DNA of 64,000 bases, taken from assembly GCA_000091205.1 (NCBI GenBank), contig AP006497.2; one strand, given 5' to 3'. A program made the translations under genes and the position numbers. The DNA comes from Cyanidioschyzon merolae. Taxonomy: Eukaryota. The notes under the pieces were generated by a model. That model was not told where the DNA came from. It saw only the letters and a list, made by a program, of their open reading frames with translations, and searched no databases. Numbering within the stretch: the stretch's first letter is position 1; each line of letters starts with the position of its first letter. This document shows, piece by piece, positions 43,455 through 53,625 of the stretch.

Positions 43455-44130
43455 AAAGTTTAGCTTCTAGGCGGAAGGTCCCGCGATCTGGACAAGTCTG
43501 TTAGGCTGATGCTTCATGCGCTCCCGCAATAGCTGTTGCTCTAGCGAGACCTGAGCAACTCGTCCGCAAACGCAGTTCATTCTGGGACTCAGAGCGGATA
43601 CACTGCGTTTCGATGTCGTCACGGTCGCAGTGGACTTCTTGTATATTGCTTCGCGCTGCAGCAGGCAATAGGTCCGTCTGCGCGATTGGCTCGTTCCCGG
43701 AATGCTCATGAATCCTGATTCCGTAGCAGGTGAATGTAGGCAAAAGGTCCGTCTGCGCGATTGGCTCGTTCCCGGAATGCTCATGAATCCTGATTCCGTA
43801 GCAAGTGAATGCAGGCAAAAGGTCCGTCTGCGCGATTGGCTCGTTCCCGGAATGCTCATGAATCCTGATTCCGTAGCAGGTGAACCACGCCTCGGGCCGG
43901 CACCCTTTGCAGTATGGCAAAAACGTCCTACCTCCGCGATGTATCGTCATCAGCGGTATGAGCGATAAAGCGGACGCTCACGACAGGTACTCGGCGCACG
44001 ATAGAACATACGAAACGACCAGCATATCCGTGAGGAAATATGGGTAAAGGAACTTGGAGCTAGGGTGCAGCACCATGACCAACGCTCTTCTGATTACCAT
44101 TATCCATCCGGCAACCTGTCATCCATGCTC
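43455..44130. repeat. Dispersed ~650 bp non-coding repeat (copy 1) with an internal 75-bp unit triplicated in tandem at 43671..43895
   Basis: It is homologous to 57975..58510. Shared strings include AGGCGGAAGGTCCCGCGA, ACGCAGTT(C/T)ATTCTGGGAC, GTCCGTCTGCGCG...GGCACC(C/T)TT(T/C)G(C/T)AGTATGGCAAAAACGTCCT, GCACACGATAGAAC.TAC.AA.CGACCAGC.TATCCG and ATTACCATTA(T/C)CCATC. Three 75-bp tandem units differ at 2-3 positions. Confidence 0.75.
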
Positions 44131-44334
44131 CATGTCCACCGGTTTGTCATCGAGAGAGACGGAGAGAGACCGGATAGCGCCATCGATGCGCTATCGTCGA
44201 TCGCCGCCGCTGCCATCATCTGTTGAGGGTGCCTCCAGCCGCCAGCGCGCGCCCGGATCGCGGCGACCGCTCTGCGCATCCGTCGTCCAGAGGCACGGAG
44301 TTGTGAACCTGCCCCCAGACACGTACGCTGCACC

Positions 44335-44916
44335 GTGTACTGCCTTTGCAGGAGAGGCGCTCTCAAGTCTCCGCTATTCAGGTTCACTTCTGGCGCATCT
44401 TCTATCGGAATGTTTGTTAGCGGAGCTTTTCAGGTTCCTCGGGAGAGACGCTGGGGTGCGGCTCGGGTTGCACGTCCTAGGCGTGCGCTCCGGCTACGGG
44501 ACGCGCAACGTCGTCACAGTGGCGTCTCGATTCTGGAGGCCAACGGCGAGAGCAAGGATGGCAAAGCAGGAGGCAAAGGTGGCGGCCTATTTGGAGGCCT
44601 TGGTAACCTCATGGATGCAATGAAAAAAGCACAAGAGTTCTCCAAATCGGCACAGGCGCTACAGGAAGAGCTGAAGAACACGGAAGTTGAAGCAACCTCG
44701 AGCGACGGTCGGGTTCGTGCAGTCGTTTCCGGACAGCAGGTGCCAATCCGAGTTGAGGTTTCTGATGAGCTCATCGCCGAGGGGAACCCAGCGGTCAGTG
44801 ACGCTGTCACGGAGGCAGTGCGCAACGCTCATGTGAAAAGCGCGGAGCTGATGCGACAACAGCTCGCGGACCTAACCCAGTCCTACGGGCTGCCGCAACC
44901 ACCGAAACAACCCTAG
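44335..44916 (+). CDS. YbaB/EbfC-family nucleoid-associated protein with an N-terminal extension, probably organelle (plastid) targeted
   Basis: GGLGNLMDAMKKAQEFSKSAQALQEELKNTEVEATSSDGRVRAVVSGQQVPIRVEVSDELIAEGNPAVSDAVTEAVRNAHVKSAELMRQQLADLT matches the YbaB core across its full length. The ~80-aa N-terminal R/S/A-rich extension is consistent with a transit peptide. Confidence 0.8.
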   Translation: MYCLCRRGALKSPLFRFTSGASSIGMFVSGAFQVPRERRWGAARVARPRRALRLRDAQRRHSGVSILEANGESKDGKAGGKGGGLFGGLGNLMDAMKKAQEFSKSAQALQEELKNTEVEATSSDGRVRAVVSGQQVPIRVEVSDELIAEGNPAVSDAVTEAVRNAHVKSAELMRQQLADLTQSYGLPQPPKQP

Positions 44917-44968
44917 CGGAAAACTAGTGTCTTTAGTAGGGATAAAAACTGTCCAACGGAAAAACCAT

Positions 44969-46495
44969 TCAGATTTTCAGAAGGAGTCTGCGCCATGTAA
45001 TAAGGAACTGTGCATAGCTATGAAGGCCATTCGAGGCCGGCTGCTGTTGCTGCTGCTTCTGGGTGCTGTGACGCAGGCGATACCAGAGGCGCAAGGGCGC
45101 AAAGGCCCAGTGTGCAGCACCATGCGACGCAGTGTCCCCATAACTCGACACGAGATAGCCGTCCACGAGGAGCGTGCCTTCAAAAGTGAGCGGCGCGTAC
45201 GCGTTGGTGTCCACGTGCTCGGTAACTCGTACAATGGTGTCGGTGGATCCATCTTCATGGAGCAAGGCCATACCCGGAAACAGGTTGCGGGCTCGCGTGA
45301 ATCGTGGGCGTTCGTGCGCATCTCCCGGTTGGACGTACACTAAATGATCGGGTGTCATGTGCAAAACGCCACCGCTGCTGGTGTGCAGCGCGATATACTG
45401 GAACGGGCCTGCCGCAGTTTGTTTGTCCGCAAACGCGTACGCGGTCGTGAAGCGCTTCGTCCAGCCACCGCGATTGTTCGGGACTAATGTGGCAATACGC
45501 GTCCCGGGTTCGAGTGCGGATAGCGGCACCAGCGTGCCGTCTGCGCGCTCTACGGTGCTCTCAGCCGGAAAGCAGCCGATGAAGCTCTGCCCACCAGCCA
45601 AGGTCGAGGGACAACCAGAGAAGGACTCTAGTGCGACAAACTTTGCGCTTTCGTTGTATATCGGGGGTCCGAGCGTGATGGTGCTCCCCTGCTGCGGCCA
45701 GAAATCAAACGTCGCAGACGTCTCCACAGGTTCATACATGGGAATATTGGTTTCCATCGGGTTTGCCGGGCAATAAAAAGGTGCACTCATCCCCGTCTCT
45801 CGATAAAAATCCAAACACTCCTCACACACAGAATAGCTGAGCTCCATACCAACATTTTCAACGAAACGAACGTCAACGACAGACGCGCACGTTGGCTCCA
45901 TCCCGTTCACGAACCCGCCTTCGGGAACGATTACGACGCTTCCGGAGGGAACGACAAACACATACGCCACCCCGGCTTGCTGGCCCTTGATAAGCCCCAG
46001 CGGTATCGTGAGCGAGTCGGTCAGTGGCGGGTATGGTCCGCCACTGATGGAAGCGAGCTGCGTGCCATCCGTTTCACCAGTCAAGTATGCGGGGAAGAAG
46101 GCACCACCAAACGGATACGCAGCGACATCGGTTGCTCCTCGGTTTAGAACCACAGCCAGGCTCTCATTTTTCGGGTTCAGAAACTGCCAGTATACGATGC
46201 CCTCAGAACGCGAAATCCACGACCAACTCACCTCAACGCCCAGCGGGCTCGAGCAACTCTGTTGACTACGGACTCGCTCCAAGATACGTCCAACGGTTAG
46301 GGTACCCGCCGGTTTGGTACCTTTTGGGTAGTACAAGTGCCGCAACCTCGCCTGTTTCGAACGAGATATGTCGCTGAGCCCTAGCGTTTTCACAGGCAAA
46401 GCGTACGCCACGTAGCAGCATAATCCCACACTGCAAAAGAGCGCTAGCAACAAAATCCAGGAAAAGAGCACGCGACATCGTAGACTGTGGCCCAT
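44969..46495 (-). CDS. Secreted Hog-type protein: signal peptide, a novel N-terminal domain, then a Hedgehog/intein-type Hint domain
   Basis: The signal peptide is MGHSLRCRVLFSWILLLALFCSVGLC. The Hint hallmarks are CFPAESTVERADGTLVPLSALEPGTRIATL ... LHMTPDHLVYV ... FEGTLLVDGYLVSSYGDTASHGAAHWAFAPLR. A poly-Q run lies near the C-terminus. Confidence 0.75.
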   Translation of the reverse strand: MGHSLRCRVLFSWILLLALFCSVGLCCYVAYALPVKTLGLSDISRSKQARLRHLYYPKGTKPAGTLTVGRILERVRSQQSCSSPLGVEVSWSWISRSEGIVYWQFLNPKNESLAVVLNRGATDVAAYPFGGAFFPAYLTGETDGTQLASISGGPYPPLTDSLTIPLGLIKGQQAGVAYVFVVPSGSVVIVPEGGFVNGMEPTCASVVDVRFVENVGMELSYSVCEECLDFYRETGMSAPFYCPANPMETNIPMYEPVETSATFDFWPQQGSTITLGPPIYNESAKFVALESFSGCPSTLAGGQSFIGCFPAESTVERADGTLVPLSALEPGTRIATLVPNNRGGWTKRFTTAYAFADKQTAAGPFQYIALHTSSGGVLHMTPDHLVYVQPGDAHERPRFTRARNLFPGMALLHEDGSTDTIVRVTEHVDTNAYAPLTFEGTLLVDGYLVSSYGDTASHGAAHWAFAPLRLWYRLRHSTQKQQQQQPASNGLHSYAQFLITWRRLLLKI

Positions 46496-46834
46496 GGCGG
46501 GCCACTGCTGCTCCCCGAGTGTGCAGGTCTAGCTCAAACCTCGCCACCTAGAACGTCGGGCATGAATACCCGCAACGGATGCGGCCATGTGCACTCAAGC
46601 ATCGATGCGATGCACCACGTGGCGATGTCCAAGTTCTGGAGTTCCCTGCAAGCGGCCACTCAACGGCCGCATCGCCGGTGCGTCGGAACTCGCAGCGCGT
46701 TCGATGCTTGCACGGCCAGCACCGTGGAGATTAAAATTCGTGGTACCTGCGAGTGCTGCCAGCACGTGGCATCTGGAGGTTCCCTGGTGTGACGTGCAGA
46801 TACAACATTCTCGGAATTGTTCCTGTAGGAAATC

Positions 46835-46968
46835 ATGCGACTCGCCATGAAATCCCTTACGACGCTGGTATTCGTCGTAGAGATCGTTGTTTGCCTCAGT
46901 GTATGGTCTGGGTTAGCCCTTCCGGTTTATCGTAGTGACCGCCCCCAGCTGGTGTTCGCAAAGCCGCC

Positions 46969-47000
<32 letters not shown>

Positions 47001-48427
47001 TCGCCGCCGGGGTGCGTCTCGAACGGGCACCGCTGCACCCTCTCGACCAGAGGGTTGTTCAAGAGGTTTCCGGTGCGCCGCTGGGACAGCCTTCACTGCG
47101 TACAAGCGGCACGAGTTGTACGAGCGGTGCAGGTGTGGAGGTTTCCTGGACATGGTTCAACCAGACCAGCGGTATCGTTGTATGGCAGTTCTACAATCCG
47201 ACTTCGAGTGAACGGGCAGTTGTTCTGAACCGCGGGGCGAAAGGCAACAATAGTATCATTGAATCGTACACCTTCGGCGGCGCCTATACATTCGCGTACC
47301 TCGGGAACGGGCTCGCCACGCTGGCCCCGGGGCCGTATCCGACGCTGGAAGCATCACCGAGCGTGTTGCCGGTCGCCATTATAGATAAGAGCGATCCGGA
47401 TATTGGCTTTCTCTTCACTATTCGTGCGGGTGGCACGGTAAGCGTCGAAGAGGGTGGCTTCGTGAACTTGGAACCGTTCTGTGACAGTGTACCTGACGTC
47501 TCGTTCGCGGAGAACGCCGACGTCAACATCACTTATGCAAAGAGTGTTATGTGTGAAGAATACTATTTTCAGGAAGGTAGTTCGAATGTTACGTGTTCTT
47601 CGAATCCTTTGGTGACGACTTGGCCTATTTATCAAGTGGCAAACGGTTCCGTGACGGGACAGAATTACATTATCATGGACTCTAATACACAGATCGAGTT
47701 TTTGAACGTATCAAACTCACAGGGTGGTTCATCGTCGGGATTCTCCTGCTTCCCGGGCGATGCAACCGTCACACTGTCCGATGGACAAGTCAAGCCCATT
47801 CACCAACTCAAGAAAGGCGATTGGATCTATACGCTTTCGTACGACGCCAAGGATCGCAAGTGGTCCCGTGTTTCGACGAGATTTCTCGGATTCCTCGATC
47901 ACAAACCTGCAGAGCGGACTGAATTCCTTCGGATTACGCTGCACGGGACGGATAGCGTTCTAGAGATTACACCGGATCACTTGTTGCCGGTAGTCGCAGC
48001 CGGTCCGTCCCCTGGTGAGCAACGTGAGCGCTATATGCCCGCTCGGCTGGTTGTGCCTGGCGCATTCCTCTTTCTGGAGACCGGTGAGCTTGCCCACGTA
48101 CGCAGCATGACATGGGTGCAACGGACGGGTGCCTTTGGACCGCTCACCGAGGCGGGAACCCTCCTAGTCGACGGGGTCCTCGTCTCGTGCTATGCGCACA
48201 CAGGGAGTCATGAAGCTGCGCATATGAGTATGTGGCCGTTGCGCGTTGGATCCCGTCTATCTCGCTGGCTGAACCCGGTGCATGCCCGTGTCCCAGGGAG
48301 CGCTTGCGCAAGTACTGGTATGCATCCGTATGCGCGTGTGCTGCTCGCTCTTCAGTACATGCTACGCATGTTCGAGCATCCGAGAAGCAAACAATACCTC
48401 CATAAGCATCAGCATATTTGGCTGTGA
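46835..48427 (+). CDS. Secreted Hog-type protein, paralogous to 44969..46495: signal peptide, a shared N-terminal domain, then a Hint domain
   Basis: A signal peptide and TM-like leader are present. (Q)12 is encoded by (CAG)n at ~46970..46999. The Hint hallmarks are CFPGDATVTLSDGQVKPIHQLKKGDWIYTL ... LEITPDHLLPV ... EAGTLLVDGVLVSCYAHTGSHEAAHMSMWPLRV. Shared N-domain motifs with the partner are SWTWFNQTSGIVVWQFYNP, VVLNRGA, TFGGAY and GPYPTLEAS. Confidence 0.75.
46970..46999 (+). repeat. (CAG)n microsatellite encoding poly-Q inside Hog gene 2
   Basis: cagcagcagcagcagcagcagcagcagcaa. Confidence 0.9.
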
Positions 48428-49229
48428 AATTCTGCGCATAAGCGCTGCGGCGGGTCTGTGAATTCCGATACGAACAACCCCCTATACCTGTGTCAGCTTA
48501 AGAATGAACCATTGGAATGCTCGCCCTGTTCCTAGCGTGCGAATTTCTCCCGACCTTGTTTGTAGATGTACAGCCTCGCCGTTCGAAATGCGACAATGAG
48601 CGATGACGGATTCAAACGTAGTTGTAGGGTTCTCGATCGTCTTGTCAGTGTGGCTCGTTTCTCGCTTTGCCGCTAGAATTCGGTACGTTACCGGAATCTA
48701 GGTGATTCGCGATGCCATGGAACCAGGGCTCGTAAAATAATCGATATCGTTACGAAGTGCATATGTAGAATTTTTCACGCGTCCCTTTTCGGTACCTGCT
48801 ACATGTTAAAATCGCAAATTCTTCAAGTCCTCCATGTTTCTGTTTCGTGGCAATTCGTAGACGCAGCCATTCGCGTCGCTGGATCGAGGAAAAAAAACTG
48901 GACGCCGTCCACTGACGAATTCATCACAGGTTCATGGCTGGCGTTTACTGACTTTGTCACGTGAAAAATTCAAAGCAGCTCGAAGGACAACACTCTTGCT
49001 TGATTGTGGCTATCGAGAAAACGACATTCGACAGCAGCATGATACGTCAGCCAGGACACGCTTCTACTAGAGGCTCCCGTCTATTCTGTTACCACGGAAA
49101 AGGATTGTGGACTCGGGCTTGAGCCAGCGCAGTGATCGCTTCTAGGGAAGCGCCCGTCACCGCCTGGTCCGAACTGAGCATAGACGGATCGAAATTTCTC
49201 GACTTGATCTTGAGGATCGATTTTTTTCT

Positions 49230-49350
49230 GGGATTCGCTTCATCATGGACAAGTTCGCAGTGCACAAATCCTCTATCGAATGGGACGGCGTACGCTTGGA
49301 CATGCATCGGGCAGTGTACTCGCTGTGCGTATCGGCCAGAAGAAGGCCGG
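49230..49350 (+). repeat. Fragment F: a short R-like fragment in inverted orientation
   Basis: The plus-strand peptide QCTNPLSNGTAYAWTCIGQCTRCAYRPEEGRN resembles the R1/R2 minus-strand peptide HSTNPFSNGTAYACFCTIQRTRKGNRPEPARH. Confidence 0.35.
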
Positions 49351-52176
49351 AATTATAGGGTACGGTCTCGGGCATGGAAACGAGCCACGGAAACGACGGG
49401 TGCGCTCTCTGAACCTGTAAAGGGTATGAAGTGAACGCTGAATGAGGCGTTCATGGTCAACAGGACAGCTCTCGGAGGATACGGTACCGTAGACATATGG
49501 GAATACCCGACCGCAGTGAGGTCGCACCGGTGCAAAGCGCACATCGCGACTGTATGCGAAGAAAATGCGACCGGCAAGCGAAGCATATGAACTGCATCTA
49601 CCGCCTATGCACGAAATGCGTCGCTAGCAGCCCGGAGCAGCAATATCGGCATTTGACTGCAGCAATCGACATGCTTCGACTGCTGAAAATGGAACTGGAG
49701 GGAAACGGGAGCAATGCATTCTTGAATCCGGAGATGCTTGTAAGGCAAAAGAAGCAACCACAGAAAAATCCGCAAAATCCAGTTTTCATGACAATCAGAT
49801 GTAATCCGAACGTCCTTATGTACGCCAGAGTTTGGTACTTGGTTCCTGTCCATCTCAGCCTGACATGAACGCCCATAAAGCATCCATAGAGTCGACATGA
49901 GCCAGGAAAAGAGCACATAGCGCGAACGCGCTGGCCTCGGGATGCGTCCGCCCAGGAGACTGCACGCGCTGTGTGGGCGGCCCCAGTTCGAACGCTTTGG
50001 TTCCCGGCTTGAAGCAGGTCGTGCATACGAGTTGCTCCATCTTTGAGGATACCATTCAAGTCACCCGCGGCTGTGATTCTTTATGATACCGTGGATCGCG
50101 TCTTCGGAATACCAGACAGGTTGCGCTGGTCCCATGTCCACAGGAAATATGGCTAGCTGTAGCATCCCTAGCGGGACGGCCGCCAGCATTGGAGCTGCAC
50201 CCAACAAATAGATGTACACGACGTGCATTTAGCTCCTAGTGCCAGGCACGTGAACGCATCCGCCAAGTATTCGCTCAAGGTGCCTTGCAGGTGCACGCGA
50301 TTACGGTGGAAAATCCGCGTACCTAAAAGCAAGCAAATGCCCCCAGAATGCAGCGTCTCTCGGAGCGTCTCTCTGCCGTTCAGGGATGTACCGGTACGCT
50401 GTCGCTCATTTCCTTGAATTTGACGATTCCGATATCGAGGAGAGCGCTCCTGTATTAGACGCTCGCAGCCCTATCCGATTTCGGAGCGAAACGGAACAGG
50501 AAAAGTCGAAGTTCCATCGGTAGGCAGCCACTCATCAAGATCATCCAATTACCCGTGAACGTCGACCTGGTCTCTGCACCAAGCGTACCCATGGTATTGC
50601 ACGACGTGACGAGCCTTGCGATCTATGCGTCCAGGTGGGCGACTCCGGGAACCCGGAACCAGCGTCCTGCGAACACTTCGTAGACGCGACGCCTCGACGG
50701 TGCCCAGTACTGGCGCGTTTTCGGAGGTGCGCAACTGCACAGTTGCATTGCACTGACTCTGGCTTCGCGTCGCATACGCGTTGTACGATTACTGAGCAGC
50801 GACACTCTCTATGCACGCGCTGGTGTTGCTCCCGATGTACGCACAACGTCCAACTTGGAACGGAACCGTCGCCGCAACACACGCCTAGATCCTGGTTCAG
50901 GAGGAGTAACCAATGGTGCTGCTTCGAGTTTTAGGACGGCATGAAAGAGAGCTCCGGCGTATCTTGAATTCAAGATTATCGCCAAGATCAGATTGCCGAG
51001 TTGTACGCCATTGCCCCGAGCCCTGTTTGGGTCTCGCTCACAACGGCCAGCATGTGCGCAAATAGAGTTGTTGCGTTCCCGATATTCGCTTCCGATAAGC
51101 TACGCACGATCTGTTGTTTCACGTCGAGCGTGGGCTGCAAGCACTTGAGCCAATCCCCTGCATGTATTTCGCTTGCCAGCGGCTGCAGGTTGTACGCTGC
51201 TCCGCACTGAGCGGTCGCAGCCTGCACTTGAGCCAATCTCCTGACACCATTCGAGGGAAGCAGCCGCAGCCGCAGCCGCAGCCACAGGCTCTTTGCGTGC
51301 TCGCTCTCCATTGCATTTTCGTACGTACGCTAGACAGACACAGACTCGATCATTGCGGGAAATGGATTTCCGCATGCACTCTGAAGCGCCATAGGCATCA
51401 AAAACATGTTCGACAAAAGCGACGTACGACTGAGAACCTTGTACATGTTCGCTTTCGTGCGACGAGCGTGCACAACACCTCGAGTCGGCGAGCGTCACGA
51501 CGACAGAGACCAGTCGGCAGCGGGTCAGTTGGCGTCAGACACTGCACGTTTGGACGCGTTTCCGAGGAGTTCAATTCTCGATCGAAACTGACTCTGGTAG
51601 GTGCTTTCGAGTTGCCGGCAAATTCACCGCTTCCGGGTAGAGTAAAGCTCGAGAACGCCTTCAGCGCAGTGCCAGTTCTGCCACACGCCACCTTCCCGGC
51701 TCCAGTGAGGTCTAGTTACAAACCGACGCTCCCCGATGCTCGACAGTAGTCTTCGACTCGACCAAGAGGAAACACGGAGAGGCGTCTACGTCACGGGAAT
51801 CAAGCGGCGATCCGGGAAAATGCAGCTCGTCAGGGGCTTTGCCACGCCCTCATCGCGCGAAAACGTCGTATGCTCCAGACGCAAGCGTTGTAACCGCGAG
51901 TGCATGCTGTCTTCGGAAGCGCCGATTGCTCTCCGAACCAAAACACCATCATGAGCAAGGATTCGAGCCCTCGCACCGGTCTCACGATCGCACGCGCTCG
52001 AGTCGAAGCATCGCTCGCCGTCATCGATACAGTTTCTCAAGCCGCAGCCGACAAAACTTCCTGTCCATCACCCGCATGATCCGGCTGCATGCTCGTCACA
52101 GGTTCATTGTCTACTCGTGGAAGAGCGCGCCCCCCGATACAACCGGTACGCGAATGGACAATGCTTCAGAGAGCGC

Positions 52177-52311
52177 ATCCCTCATGACCGTCACACTCGG
52201 GCAGGTACCAAGAAGTGCTGCAGCGTAGAGCTGCTTAGCAACGCATCCCTCATGACCATCACACTCGGAAAGGTACCGAGAAGTGCTGCAACGTCGAGCT
52301 GCTTAGCAACG
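52177..52311. repeat. 67-bp tandem duplication (2 units)
   Basis: GCATCCCTCATGACC(G/A)TCACACTCGG(GC/AA)AGGTACC(A/G)AGAAGTGCTGCA(G/A)CGT(A/C)GAGCTGCTTAGCAAC is repeated head to tail. Confidence 0.8.
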
Positions 52312-52516
52312 AGCGCGTCGACCTAGATGCCACCGTGGCACCCCCAGTGCCGTCCAGTCTCCGTTGGCCAAGTGCAACGGCGGATGCGACGTCGCCACGA
52401 GTGCCCACGGCAGACCCGGTTTCCCAGAAGATCGCCCGAAGCTATCGGAGCAACCATGAGCTCCTCAGCGGGAACCCTCTTGCGGCGAGTGTTCCAACGC
52501 GGCCTTCACTGCGATC

Positions 52517-53218
52517 CTATGACTGGTCGTCTTCCGGAAAGTTTGTCTGGAGCGTTCTACCAGATTCAGTCGGTACGCGACGGCGACGTAACATGCCCCG
52601 GATGTTCGCCTCGCCAGTGCCCAAACAAACCGGACACACAAGGTTCCCCTTTCCGTCACACTGAGGACAGACCGTGCCTTTATACTGCGCTCGCTTGTCT
52701 TCAGCGAAGCCACCAGCCCGCCAGAAGCCCGTTCCACCACACATGTCACAGACGACACGCCCCTTGCCGCGACAGTTCGGACACGGACCCGTCGGTGGTG
52801 GCTCACGAGCGCGAGCGTCGGACACAGCCCCCAGCAGCCACTGTGTCATAAAAGCGGCTATGCCCACACCAACTTGTTTAATGAACGTTCGTCTCTTGGG
52901 ATCGTTTGGCTCCAGGGAAGCTCGTACCTCTTCCCGGTGTCGCGAGCGAAACACTGCGTTCACTCTGGGGACACTGCATCGGCACACGGGTCGCCGCTCG
53001 ACCCAGTGCCCGAACCAGCCGTCCGGTGCGAAAGCCAAAGGTTCCATGACCCTGTCGAATCTGCGTTCCTGACGAACGCCAAGCAGTCCAAGAGTGGAAC
53101 GCTCGTTCCAGACTCGGTCTCGAAGGGTCACGGGTATAGCGCGCCAGTCAGCAGTCGTTGGCCTTGCAGCGTTCACCATCATCATCATCATCATCATGTC
53201 GATGCCGTGAGATGGCAC
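52517..53218 (-). CDS. DnaJ-type zinc-finger (CxxCxGxG) protein with a twin-arginine (Tat-like) signal; candidate thylakoid/plastid protein
   Basis: [27 protein letters not shown] is an RR motif followed by a hydrophobic stretch, resembling Tat/lumen targeting. There are two CxxCxGxG pairs: [20 protein letters not shown] and [20 protein letters not shown]. The N-terminus contains (M)7 from a (CAT)n microsatellite. Confidence 0.5.
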   Translation of the reverse strand: MPSHGIDMMMMMMMVNAARPTTADWRAIPVTLRDRVWNERSTLGLLGVRQERRFDRVMEPLAFAPDGWFGHWVERRPVCRCSVPRVNAVFRSRHREEVRASLEPNDPKRRTFIKQVGVGIAAFMTQWLLGAVSDARAREPPPTGPCPNCRGKGRVVCDMCGGTGFWRAGGFAEDKRAQYKGTVCPQCDGKGNLVCPVCLGTGEANIRGMLRRRRVPTESGRTLQTNFPEDDQS

Positions 53219-53625
53219 CGGGCGCTGGGCCGCAGCACATGGTGCTACGTTCCTCCAATGTTCTTGGTTGCGTTCCAGCGGGGGCCAGGGTCGGGGTTAT
53301 TGTTCGCTTTCCATGATCACTTGGATGGTTTTCAGAAAACCAAAGCGTTTACTTGGAACACCGTGCGCAGGCGGGAGGCTTTTTACGGGGGCGGTGGTGC
53401 AGGATCCTCTCCATGAGTCGGGGCTCGCCAACTGCGCGATGCTAGGCGCTATCCGGGAGAGCGTGCATCGTTCGCTACGCTCTCGCCATGCTTCCTGATG
53501 CTATCTGCGCGAGTCCTTGCACAAGCTACTCCATCAAGTGCTGTCTTCAGCACCGGCAGTCGCTGTCACGTCGACGGCAATGCGTAGCGCCAGCATAGGG
53601 GAAAAAAGTACGCTCGAGTAGCGCT

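Noticed and set aside
43671-43895. Three 75-bp tandem units considered as a CRISPR-like array.
   Set aside because: The units are directly adjacent with no spacers, and the genome is eukaryotic. This is a minisatellite inside a dispersed repeat.
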